IMG/VR virus record: IMGVR_UViG_3300020439_001360
Location: 4,034-68,033 of that record
Length of the DNA stretch: 64,000 nucleotides
Reading direction: 5' to 3' (one strand)
Origin: a virus
The number at the start of each line of letters is the position of its first letter. Position 1 is the stretch's first letter. A program made the position numbers and the translations under genes. Of this stretch, positions 30,536-39,880 are shown in pieces. A model generated the notes under the pieces. It saw only the letters and a list, made by a program, of their open reading frames with translations. It made no database searches and was not told the origin of the DNA.

Positions 30536-31963
30536 ATGGCACTGCTAGTAACCGACAACGGTGAAATTGATTCTCTGCGTAATCTGCTGAATTATAATCA
30601 GGAGATTCCCAGGAACCTAATTCTTAAGTTGTTCACCACCAATACGTATCCTGCTGAAAGTGATACGCCTTCCCAAACCAGATATTATGAGCCTTACACC
30701 AACAACAATACGTTGGGTTATGGTTCTGCACCTGTAACTGGTTATCACCAAATTGAAAACAACAGAACTGATCAGAACTATGCTAACCAGTATGGTATTC
30801 TGTTGAACGGCAACCGTTGGACGATTGAAACCCTACAAACTGCTGCAGTTTCTGCTGTACAAGGTAGTGGTACTCAAGACGAATATACCATCACTGTTGC
30901 TGCTAACACTGGTATCAAAAAAGGCGACTATGTAACTGGCGGTGACGTTGGTACTGGTGCATATGTCGTTGACATTGACGGTCTAACTCTCCTCTTAAGC
31001 GTCAAGAATACTGGTACATTCTCCAACCAAAACCTAGACTTTGGTGCTGGTAGAACAACCGCTTCTTATCCAGAGCAAACCTTCACCTTCACTGGTGCTG
31101 CTGGTGACGTTTATGGTTACATGCTTGTTCGTGCCAACAACATGCCTACCACTATTCATGGTGTAGCAGATGCAGCATCCGCGTCCGCTGGAACCACTAT
31201 CAGCAAGACTGGTGTTCGTGGTACTATCGGTAACGACTATATCGTTCTTGCTGCTGTTGCTAACACCACTACCATCACTGGTACTTCTGGTGAATTTGAG
31301 GTAACTGTTGGTGCTACTTCGGGTCTTGCAGTTGGTCAGAGACTAACTGGTACTGGCGTTGCTGCTGGTGCAAGAATTGCTGGTATTGCAGGAACCACTG
31401 TTTATCTAGACAAAGCAAACGCTGGTGCTGTATCTGGCAACGGTGTATTCCAAGCAGAAGTCGGTGAAGATCTAACCGTAGGCATGGCAGTTTCCCAGAC
31501 TGGTACTGCTGGTGTTATCGGTGGTGCTCCTAACGGCATCGATGCTAATACCATCATCACTGGTATCGATCACGTCACTTATGACGATGCTGGTTCTGAA
31601 CTGCTAGGACAAGTTACTGTCTACCTGAACAACGTACTGATCGACAACATTCAGCCTTCTAACAACAATGACGAGGTTGAGTTTGACTTCAGTAAGGTAA
31701 CCGCAACTGCACACGGTCTTGTCAAAGGCGATGCAGTCTACATCGACCAGGGTACTGGTAACAGCACCACAACTCCTGGCACCTACACCGTATTCGATGT
31801 ACTCGATGCTAACACCTTTACTACAACCAAGGCACTAAATGGTACTGGCGATTTGACACTTTACAGCGCAATCTTCTTCGCTGAAAGATTCACGAATGGT
31901 CCATACGCGATTCAAAACGCTGGTGACCAAATCAAAGTCACCCTGAACGTCAGCCTCGACTGA
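30536..31963 (+). CDS. Abundant virion structural protein, possible major fibre subunit
   Basis: 475 aa, G/T/A/V-rich; double late promoter, GGAGAG SD and its own terminator. Confidence 0.72.
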   Translation: MALLVTDNGEIDSLRNLLNYNQEIPRNLILKLFTTNTYPAESDTPSQTRYYEPYTNNNTLGYGSAPVTGYHQIENNRTDQNYANQYGILLNGNRWTIETLQTAAVSAVQGSGTQDEYTITVAANTGIKKGDYVTGGDVGTGAYVVDIDGLTLLLSVKNTGTFSNQNLDFGAGRTTASYPEQTFTFTGAAGDVYGYMLVRANNMPTTIHGVADAASASAGTTISKTGVRGTIGNDYIVLAAVANTTTITGTSGEFEVTVGATSGLAVGQRLTGTGVAAGARIAGIAGTTVYLDKANAGAVSGNGVFQAEVGEDLTVGMAVSQTGTAGVIGGAPNGIDANTIITGIDHVTYDDAGSELLGQVTVYLNNVLIDNIQPSNNNDEVEFDFSKVTATAHGLVKGDAVYIDQGTGNSTTTPGTYTVFDVLDANTFTTTKALNGTGDLTLYSAIFFAERFTNGPYAIQNAGDQIKVTLNVSLD

Positions 31964-31990
31964 TCTTCTGAAATTGAGTTTTACATTATG

Positions 31991-32026
31991 GGGGGATTGC
32001 TTCACTGGCGATCCCCCTATTTTTTT
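31991..32026 (+). terminator. Rho-independent terminator
   Basis: GGGGGATTGC-ttcactg-GCGATCCCCC hairpin followed by TATTTTTTT. Confidence 0.85.
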
Positions 32027-32042
32027 AACTTGGCTGTAGTCT

Positions 32043-35000
32043 ATGGTATTCTCCTACGCTGGTACTGGAAGAATGCCCCAGTTTGTTGCTGTGAAGGCAC
32101 TGGGGTTAATTTCTTACAGCTATACATCAGCGATTGAGGAGCAGTTTTTATATCTAGATTTTGGTGCGCTGGGTCGTGCATATTGGGTAATTGCAGACCA
32201 CGCAAGTAAAGTAATTGAAGATTACAAAGATGATCAAATAGTTGACTTGGTAGAGTCGGGCGGTCCCCTGAACCAAGTTGATTATGGATCTATCACAGAA
32301 GTAGAAGCATACGCCACGGATGACTGGGGCGAAATCACAGTCACATCAAATATTCAGGCAATGGGTCGTACCCATTTCCACTCGCTTACCACCTGGTCTG
32401 TTATCAAGACCTGGGTTGGTACAGGAACCGTCTGGGAGATGGACGGTGGCACCAGGTATCGACTGGATGCTCCTTGGATTGGTTCTGGTACGCTGCGACC
32501 ATACGGTTCTGCCAACACTCATTATGTACCTGCGATTGCTACGGAGGGACTACTACCCCTCCGTAGTGACACTAAAGTTGCTTATGCTCCTAACTGGAAT
32601 GCATTCGGCACCCTGTTCAGCGGTAGCTTTGCTGGAGAGGCTGTCACCAAGGTATTCCCAGAGGATCCTGATTATACGGTCAAACAAGGTTCACTTACTA
32701 CGTTAACTGCTGCGGATCTGTCTAGCGGTTACGGTGCGGTATATGAAGGATCTGTATTCTATTCTACCAGTGGAGCTGGCACCACTGCTACTAATGGATT
32801 TGCTGTAGGTCCACACGTCAGATTTGGCACAGCCACCGATCCTGGAGGTTCTAGTAGCACATTCAGAAAAGTTGAATATGATCTAGATCTCACTAATGTT
32901 GAGGAGATCACCTTTAGACTCGTCATGGGTAACGGGTCTAATGGCGGTGAGACTCCAGATAATGGTGAAGACCTATGGATGAGATTCCTATATACAGGTC
33001 TCTCTGTTGCTGATGCATCTAGAAAATTACTAGACAATACAGAAACTACTTACACGACTCCTGGCGATAAGACAGTTACTGTCCCAGTAGTTGCAAGAAA
33101 ACCTTATCAGACGATTAGAATTTACCAGTTAACATGGTCTGGTACATATGAATTTGATCACTACGGATTCATATCACTATCATATGGCAGCGAAGTTGTT
33201 GTCGGTGGAGTTGGTGATCAACGCAATAGTCTATTCAATGTTGTTGGTGACGCTAGTGTCAGCTTCAGACCTAACTGGGTTGGTTCTGGTGTCCTGTTTA
33301 ACTTCAGCACTACTACCTTCAAACAGACATATGATTATGTCGGTGAAGGAACTCTATTTGGATTCTCTTCCACAGAAGAAAGAGTCGTCTGGGATTACAA
33401 CAATTCCAGCATCGATTACTTTACCTATGAGAACTTTGGATCGGTTGCCGAGTCGCCAATCGAATCCATCACGATTCAGTCGATTGCTAATGAGACAATC
33501 CAGAGTCGTGCAAACGAAAGAATTATTGATCTAGTTGTATCTGGATCTACTTCTGGTGCATTCCTAGACTTTGGTAGTATTCTCACTGACGGTGAGCAGA
33601 CCCCATCTACTGTTGGACTCGATTGGGGTCACATTCTCACGAACCAGACAGATTATCCATTCGGTCTGTTCCCAATCAGTGGTACTGCCAAGCAAATATT
33701 TACTCCCAACTTTGTTGGTTCTGGATCTCTATTCGCTTTTGTCAGTGGTCGTGGCAGAACGAAACCCAGATGGATTGCTTATGTCAACATCGGAATCTTT
33801 GGTGCTGCGAAGACCAACTTCAGCTTGCTGCACATTGGTTCTGGTTCTCTATTCAGCATCAACAATGCAGACGACAGCAGAGCGTATGCATATAGAGGTT
33901 CTGGTGCCCTCTACGCCTTCTCTGGCGCTGCCGAGGCAGTCGGGTTCAACCCACCAGAAGACACCGCTATCCTGCCACTACAAGGTGCTGCAAACGTTGC
34001 CTTTGCTCCCAACTGGATTGCAGAAGGTACAGTCAAGGCAGAAGGCGCAGCGGTCGAGAGACAGACAGATCATTACAAAGGATCTGGAACTCTATTCAAC
34101 TTCGAGACTGCTGTCGAGAAAATCACATATCATTACAGCAGCACATCTAATGATATCTTCCAGTATCGCAACTACGGATCTGTTGCTGATCAACCAATTG
34201 AATCTATTACGATTCAATCTATTGCTAATGAGACCATTGAAAGTCGTAAGGACGACAGAATTATTGACCTGGTAGTAGGTGGTACTACTTCTGGATCTTA
34301 TCTGGATTATGGTCCAATTCTTATCGACGGCGAGGACGCTCCAGAGACTGTTCGCGAAGACTATGGTTCCATCATGGAATCCATTTCTCGCTACGCAATG
34401 GGCGATCTGTTGGTACATGGTACTGCAGGAGTCAGGAGAGAGTTCTCCTACGTTGGTAAAGGTGACCTGTTTGCATTCATCGAGGGTCGTGGTAGAACGA
34501 AACCCAGATGGATTGCCAATGTCAACATCGAGGTCAAAGGCGAGGCTCAAGATGCAGTCGTCAAACGCTTCATTGGCGACGGCAATCTATTCAACTTCGA
34601 GAAGGCAGAAGAAAGAAGAACCTTTGGTTACGAAGGTCAAGGAACCTTCTCCACATCTGGCGAAGCTTCTATTGCATACGAGAAAGCACCATATCGTGGA
34701 TTTGTCCTCTTCGATGTTACTGGCGACACGAGAATTGCATTCGTACCGAACTTCAATGGTTCTGGTGTTGCCACCATCGATGTCGGGCACGTCGAGAGAA
34801 CTACATTCAGCGAGGTTGGATCTGGTGTCCTCTTCGACATGGGCAACCTTGTCGAGAGAAGAACGTATCACTACAGTCATACTTCCGACACTATATTCAC
34901 TCCTCTGGATTATGGTTCGGTTGGTGCCAATCCAATCGACTCCATTACGATCCAATCTATCGCTAATGATACGATTGAAAGTCGTAAGGACCAGAGAATT

Positions 35001-38000
35001 ATTGATCTTGTAACCACAGGTTCTACCTCTGGTTCTTACTTCGATTATGGATCTGTCAGTGACTTCTATCCATCCATCACGGATGATTACGAAGGTATCA
35101 CCGAGACAGTCACCAGATATGCAATGGGTGGTCCACAAATCAGTGGTGCTGCCGATGTCAACTTCAGACCTGTCTACGTTGGTTCTGGAGACATTACTAT
35201 CAACGTCAGCACCATCGTCAGAGTGCTGCCCAGATGGATTGCCTTTGTGCCCATCGACTTTACAGGTGCTGCAACAGACACCTTCACCAAAGCATACAAG
35301 GGTTCTGGTATTGTTCCCCTACCTGTCAGCACGACAGATACCAGAAGCTTTGCATACGAAGGCAAAGGAGAACTATTTGCTATCAACGGTGGGGAGGAAG
35401 CATTTGCATTCGACTATCCACGTCAAGATCCTGTATTTACAATTACAGGCGAAGCAAATGTTGCATACGTTCCCAACTGGAATGGATCTGGTACGGCAGT
35501 CCTTTCTGGTACAGCAGTCGAGAGAGTTGCAGTCAATCCTCCTGCGCGTGGAGATCTCTTCAGCTTCAACAATCTCGATGAGCGTAGAACATATCATTAC
35601 AACTCCAGTTCTATTGATCTACTCAACAGAATCAGCTATGGTTCTGTTGCTTCGCCAGTCATTGATTCTTGGGTCATTGCTGACCATGCAACCAAGGTCA
35701 TTCAAGACTACAGAAATGATAAACTCGTCGATCTTGTCGAGGGAACTGGTGGCGACTACTTCGATTATGGATTCCTAGAACAAGAAAATGTTGGTGGTCT
35801 TCCCAACATCAATACCCCAGATGCTACTGAAGATTATCAGTTCATCATTGATCCTGAACTTGGTGCATCTAGATATCCATTCGGTGTTCTATTCCGTCAC
35901 TTTGAATCTGAAGTTGTTATTGGCATTAGTCTGCGTCACATCGCAGTCAACGAAAAACCAACCGTCAAGATTGGCGGCAAGGTATTCGTCAAACTTCCCA
36001 ACAAGCACCAGGGCGAAGGTGTTCTATTCAGCACTGGCGGCGCTGCAGAAACTGCAACATTCAGCGAAGTCAAGGACGGTCTATTCGAGTTTGTTGGATT
36101 CGCTGCAACCAGAAGAATCCCCAACTTCAATGGCGGCGGTACTATCAGATTGGATGGTGCATCCAGCAGTGCAGTTGCATTCGCAGGATTCCAAGAGAAT
36201 ACAATCGTCCTACGTGGTGTTGCTACTGTCAAGTACACGCCATCCTACACTGGAACTGGATTTATCTCCACTCTGTCTGGCGCTGCCGAGGCAATCACAG
36301 CAAGTCCAGACGATCTCTTCGGTCTATTCGACTTTGTTGGAACAGCAGCAGAGAGGACATCTGCAGCACATCTTGGTTCTGGTTCTCTGTTTGCACTATC
36401 TGGTGCAGGCGAAGCAGTCGCTGTTGCAGAAGAGAAGAGAAATCTTCTCAAAATCAGCGGCAACGCTGGCGAGAGATTCATCCCGAACTTCAATGGTTCT
36501 GGTACTCTATCTGTACTATCTGGCGCAGCAGAATCCAGAACAGCAAGTCCAGACGATCTGTTCACCCTGTTCGACTTTACTGGTCGTGGTACAGTCAAGG
36601 CAACTGTTGCCGAATCTGGATTCGCTCTTCTCTCTGTATCTGGCACAACAGAACCAGAAATTCTCACGTTTGCAGAGCAACCATTTGGCACTGCTACGAT
36701 CAGCGGCAACGCTGGAGAGAGATTTGTTCCCAACTGGATTGGTTCTGGTACTATCGCAACCCTATCGGGTGCAGCAGAATCTGCAACATTCAATCCTCTG
36801 GAGAGACAGCTTCTGTTCTCCATGGGCGGCATTGCTACAGAAGTATTTGCTGCAGCACCCGCAATCGAAGGAACAGAGATCAAACTCTCTGGAACCACCG
36901 CTCCAGAAATTCGCACATTTGCAGAGCAACCACTCGGAGACATCTTTGTCGGTGGTCTTGCAGAATACGTTCACGTCGATGTATACGGTGGATTCGGTAC
37001 TCTATTCTCTGGAGGATTTACTTCCGAGTCTGTCACATTCAAGATTCCTCCAACCAGAGAAGCAGACATTCTCTTCCGTGGAGAGGCAGTCGAGCGTGTT
37101 GCATTCAATCCACCAGAAGAAACTGCACATCTTCTCCTTTCTGGAGAGGTTGTCATTCCTCTTCGCACATTTGCAGAGCAACCAACCGTTCGTGTTGCTA
37201 TCAGCGGTGTTGCAATCGAGAAGAACACCGAAGTATATGTTGGAACTGGTGCTATCTTCTCCAACGGATTCACCTCCGAATCTGTTACCAGAAAACTTCC
37301 AGAGTTCACAGCACACCTCAATGTTACTGGTCTCGCAGAAGAGAGAGCAACATTCAGAGAGATATTCTTTGGTTCCCTCTTCAAGTTCAGAGGATCTGCA
37401 GGTCGCGCACTTCTCACGTTTGCAGAGCAACCACAGACTCTATCCAAGATTAGTGGTGTTGCTGTTACCACCAGAGCAAGAGACTTCGTTGGCGAAGGCA
37501 ACATTGCAACTCTTTCTGGTGCTGCCGAGGCAGTCACCTTCAATCCTCTGGAAAGAGATCTGCTCTTCGATGTTACTGGCATCGCTGAAACCAGATACTC
37601 CCGCACTTGGGTTGGTTCTGGTCAAATCAAGGTTTATCCAGAAGCAGCAGACATCAGATTCATCCCCAACTGGAATGCCGAAGGTGTCATTCCCGTCAGT
37701 GGTGTTGCAGTCGAGCGTGTCGCAAGAGACGAGGTTGTTCAGGTCAACATCGGAACATTCTCTGGTGCAGCAGAGTCTGTTACCTTCAATCCTCTCGAAA
37801 AGGATATGCTGTTCTCCATCGGAGGCAGAGCAGCATACAGAACTTCTGTATCGGAAGTCAAACTTGCCAACGCAAGACTCTTCGCAGACGACAACAACGG
37901 AACAACCACCAAGATACACGTTGGTTCTGGAACAGCAACTCTATCTGGTGCTGGTCGCATTGTCATTACTCTCTCCTACATTGGAGACATCAGAATTGGT

Positions 38001-38981
38001 ACATTCTCTGGTGCAGCAGAAGCAGTCACCTTCAATCCACTGGAGAAGGATCTACTATTCTCTGCATCTGGTATTGCAACCCTACGTTCCACTCGCGCTT
38101 ACTCTGGAACTGGTTCTCTCTTTGCAATCAACGGTGCAGCAGAATCCAGAACCGTTGTTCCACCAGCAGATGGTCTGTACGCGATCAACGGCGAAGCAAA
38201 TATTGTTATTACTCTCTCCCATGTTGGCGATGGAAGTCTATTCAGCTTTGTCAAGGGTGCAGAAAGCTTCACTTACGATTACGTCGGAGAACAAGTTCTC
38301 TTCGATCTATCTGGCGAAGCAATCGAGAGAATCACCAATGTATATGCTGGATCTGGTTCTATCTTCTCTATCGGCGGTGCTGCAGAAAGAGTCGCTTTTG
38401 TACCAAGTCTCCTCGCAGATGTCAACATCAGTGGTGTTGCAGCGACACCAAGATCCAGAGTATTCACTGGTTCTGGAGATCTATATGCATTCGGTGGTGC
38501 AGCAGAGTCCAGAACAATTACTTACGAGAACGTCGCAATCTTCGACTTCCTCGGTCAAGTCAAACCTGCCATTACCAAGGTACATGTTGGCGATGGAGAG
38601 ATCGAAGTTACTGGCGAAGCAGCAGTTGCATTCGCCAGAGCACCTTACTCTGGTCAGGCAGAAGTTCAACTATCTGGCACAGCAACAGAAAGCACAACTG
38701 CCAACCCACCAGAAGAGGGCACAGAGATTGCAACTTCTGGCGAGGCAAAGGTTCTTCGCTCCTTCGGTTACGAGGGATCTGGTCAACTCAAAGTACACGG
38801 CGACACCATTATCGGTATTTCTCTCCGTATCTTTGGTACTGGATCTATCAAGGTCGATGTTCGCACCAGATACTTCCCACTACTCCAGCACAGAGCAGAT
38901 GTTCATATCTACATCGCTGGCAGCGCAGCAACTGTCAAGATTGATGTTGCTCCACCACGTACCTATGGATGGATTATTTAA
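32043..38981 (+). CDS. Large repetitive structural protein, 2312 aa (fibre scaffold or ruler-like)
   Basis: About 40-aa G.G.LF...GAAE repeats interleaved with about five DYGS...IIDLV domains. Confidence 0.8.
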   Translation: MVFSYAGTGRMPQFVAVKALGLISYSYTSAIEEQFLYLDFGALGRAYWVIADHASKVIEDYKDDQIVDLVESGGPLNQVDYGSITEVEAYATDDWGEITVTSNIQAMGRTHFHSLTTWSVIKTWVGTGTVWEMDGGTRYRLDAPWIGSGTLRPYGSANTHYVPAIATEGLLPLRSDTKVAYAPNWNAFGTLFSGSFAGEAVTKVFPEDPDYTVKQGSLTTLTAADLSSGYGAVYEGSVFYSTSGAGTTATNGFAVGPHVRFGTATDPGGSSSTFRKVEYDLDLTNVEEITFRLVMGNGSNGGETPDNGEDLWMRFLYTGLSVADASRKLLDNTETTYTTPGDKTVTVPVVARKPYQTIRIYQLTWSGTYEFDHYGFISLSYGSEVVVGGVGDQRNSLFNVVGDASVSFRPNWVGSGVLFNFSTTTFKQTYDYVGEGTLFGFSSTEERVVWDYNNSSIDYFTYENFGSVAESPIESITIQSIANETIQSRANERIIDLVVSGSTSGAFLDFGSILTDGEQTPSTVGLDWGHILTNQTDYPFGLFPISGTAKQIFTPNFVGSGSLFAFVSGRGRTKPRWIAYVNIGIFGAAKTNFSLLHIGSGSLFSINNADDSRAYAYRGSGALYAFSGAAEAVGFNPPEDTAILPLQGAANVAFAPNWIAEGTVKAEGAAVERQTDHYKGSGTLFNFETAVEKITYHYSSTSNDIFQYRNYGSVADQPIESITIQSIANETIESRKDDRIIDLVVGGTTSGSYLDYGPILIDGEDAPETVREDYGSIMESISRYAMGDLLVHGTAGVRREFSYVGKGDLFAFIEGRGRTKPRWIANVNIEVKGEAQDAVVKRFIGDGNLFNFEKAEERRTFGYEGQGTFSTSGEASIAYEKAPYRGFVLFDVTGDTRIAFVPNFNGSGVATIDVGHVERTTFSEVGSGVLFDMGNLVERRTYHYSHTSDTIFTPLDYGSVGANPIDSITIQSIANDTIESRKDQRIIDLVTTGSTSGSYFDYGSVSDFYPSITDDYEGITETVTRYAMGGPQISGAADVNFRPVYVGSGDITINVSTIVRVLPRWIAFVPIDFTGAATDTFTKAYKGSGIVPLPVSTTDTRSFAYEGKGELFAINGGEEAFAFDYPRQDPVFTITGEANVAYVPNWNGSGTAVLSGTAVERVAVNPPARGDLFSFNNLDERRTYHYNSSSIDLLNRISYGSVASPVIDSWVIADHATKVIQDYRNDKLVDLVEGTGGDYFDYGFLEQENVGGLPNINTPDATEDYQFIIDPELGASRYPFGVLFRHFESEVVIGISLRHIAVNEKPTVKIGGKVFVKLPNKHQGEGVLFSTGGAAETATFSEVKDGLFEFVGFAATRRIPNFNGGGTIRLDGASSSAVAFAGFQENTIVLRGVATVKYTPSYTGTGFISTLSGAAEAITASPDDLFGLFDFVGTAAERTSAAHLGSGSLFALSGAGEAVAVAEEKRNLLKISGNAGERFIPNFNGSGTLSVLSGAAESRTASPDDLFTLFDFTGRGTVKATVAESGFALLSVSGTTEPEILTFAEQPFGTATISGNAGERFVPNWIGSGTIATLSGAAESATFNPLERQLLFSMGGIATEVFAAAPAIEGTEIKLSGTTAPEIRTFAEQPLGDIFVGGLAEYVHVDVYGGFGTLFSGGFTSESVTFKIPPTREADILFRGEAVERVAFNPPEETAHLLLSGEVVIPLRTFAEQPTVRVAISGVAIEKNTEVYVGTGAIFSNGFTSESVTRKLPEFTAHLNVTGLAEERATFREIFFGSLFKFRGSAGRALLTFAEQPQTLSKISGVAVTTRARDFVGEGNIATLSGAAEAVTFNPLERDLLFDVTGIAETRYSRTWVGSGQIKVYPEAADIRFIPNWNAEGVIPVSGVAVERVARDEVVQVNIGTFSGAAESVTFNPLEKDMLFSIGGRAAYRTSVSEVKLANARLFADDNNGTTTKIHVGSGTATLSGAGRIVITLSYIGDIRIGTFSGAAEAVTFNPLEKDLLFSASGIATLRSTRAYSGTGSLFAINGAAESRTVVPPADGLYAINGEANIVITLSHVGDGSLFSFVKGAESFTYDYVGEQVLFDLSGEAIERITNVYAGSGSIFSIGGAAERVAFVPSLLADVNISGVAATPRSRVFTGSGDLYAFGGAAESRTITYENVAIFDFLGQVKPAITKVHVGDGEIEVTGEAAVAFARAPYSGQAEVQLSGTATESTTANPPEEGTEIATSGEAKVLRSFGYEGSGQLKVHGDTIIGISLRIFGTGSIKVDVRTRYFPLLQHRADVHIYIAGSAATVKIDVAPPRTYGWII
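36669..37433 (+). repeat. Intragenic direct repeat TTTGCAGAGCAACCA (FAEQP), four copies
   Basis: Copies start at 36669, 36918, 37170 and 37419 (spacing 249, 252, 249 nt). Confidence 0.85.
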
Positions 38982-38984
38982 TAG

Positions 38985-38992
38985 TATAAATA
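38985..38992 (+). promoter_or_regulatory. T4-type late promoter
   Basis: TATAAATA 25 nt before the ATG at 39018. Confidence 0.8.
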
Positions 38993-39017
38993 ACATTGGT
39001 ATCCTAAATTAATTTTA

Positions 39018-39476
39018 ATGACTACCCAGGTACAGTTTAGAAGAGGTACTACTGCTGAACATGCTCACTTCGCGGGAGCGCAGGGTGAGTTGACTATTGA
39101 TACTGATAAGAATATGGCGGTTGTCCATGATGGACAAACGAATGGTGGATTTGACGTTTTTCGTGCTCGGTGGGAGTATCTAAATCAAAGTGTCACACTT
39201 GGCACAAGTCTTCGTTATCTCGTGGACTCGTCGGGTGGACCACTCACACTGACTCTGCCACTATATAATAATCAGTTGGTTCCCAAAGCAGGGGACACTA
39301 TGGAGTTCATTGATATTAATTTTACGTGGGATACAAATAATGTAACAATAATCGATCCAATTGGAAGAGAATTTCAAAACACTTTTGGAGTTATTTCCAG
39401 TCCTTTAGTATTCGACTTGAAAGGAGCGAGAGTGCAACTAATTTGGGACGGTAACTACTGGAGGGTAATTGTATGA
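39018..39476 (+). CDS. Fibre attachment/connector protein
   Basis: QVQFRRGTTAEH..F.GA.GE.T.DTDK...VHDG N-terminus (Mtd/hyaluronidase-N-like); DS.GG..TLTLP...GD....ID C-terminal domain. Confidence 0.72.
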   Translation: MTTQVQFRRGTTAEHAHFAGAQGELTIDTDKNMAVVHDGQTNGGFDVFRARWEYLNQSVTLGTSLRYLVDSSGGPLTLTLPLYNNQLVPKAGDTMEFIDINFTWDTNNVTIIDPIGREFQNTFGVISSPLVFDLKGARVQLIWDGNYWRVIV

Positions 39477-39865
39477 CAATGTTTATTAGCGATAGCTATC
39501 AACAAGCAGGGGGAACGGGACAGTCCTTTTCTACCAATAGCTATACCCTCGGTAACGACTTTACTATCCATGCTCTTGAAAGAGATGACGATGGAATGCT
39601 GCGTTACACCAGAATTAGATCTATTGATGATGAAATTGGAGATTTCTACCGTTTAGACGGAACCCCATACCTAGATATTGCTACAGGTGTGTATGACTAC
39701 GTAGAAGAAACTACCGAATCCAAGTCATATAAGAATCATCCACAAGATAAATACCAACAGTATAGATTTGATAGTCGCAAGATTAGCTATTTTATTGATG
39801 ATGACGGATACTTTGTAATTCGTTTCAATGAAAATTATGATTACACCACCGAAGGACCCAAATAA
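39473..39865 (+). CDS. Hypothetical protein
   Basis: 130-aa coupled ORF; YQQYRFD...YFIDDDGYFV. Confidence 0.72.
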   Translation: MTMFISDSYQQAGGTGQSFSTNSYTLGNDFTIHALERDDDGMLRYTRIRSIDDEIGDFYRLDGTPYLDIATGVYDYVEETTESKSYKNHPQDKYQQYRFDSRKISYFIDDDGYFVIRFNENYDYTTEGPK

Positions 39866-39880
39866 TAAGGCAGCATAAAC

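Noticed and set aside
35936-37606. Chain of antisense ORFs (100-232 aa)
   Set aside because: Antisense shadows like those seen under many other genes in the window; interrupted by stops and without expression signals.
36669-38050. CRISPR-like periodic repeats
   Set aside because: Repeats are about 15 nt, in frame, about 250 nt apart and encode protein repeats; no cas genes.
35788-39012. 1074-aa +1-frame ORF and 445-aa +2-frame ORF (37607-38944) as stand-alone genes
   Set aside because: Their composition mirrors the main frame's codons, they have no convincing start or SD, and no family is recognisable. Not called as CDS; the openness itself is reported as a finding.
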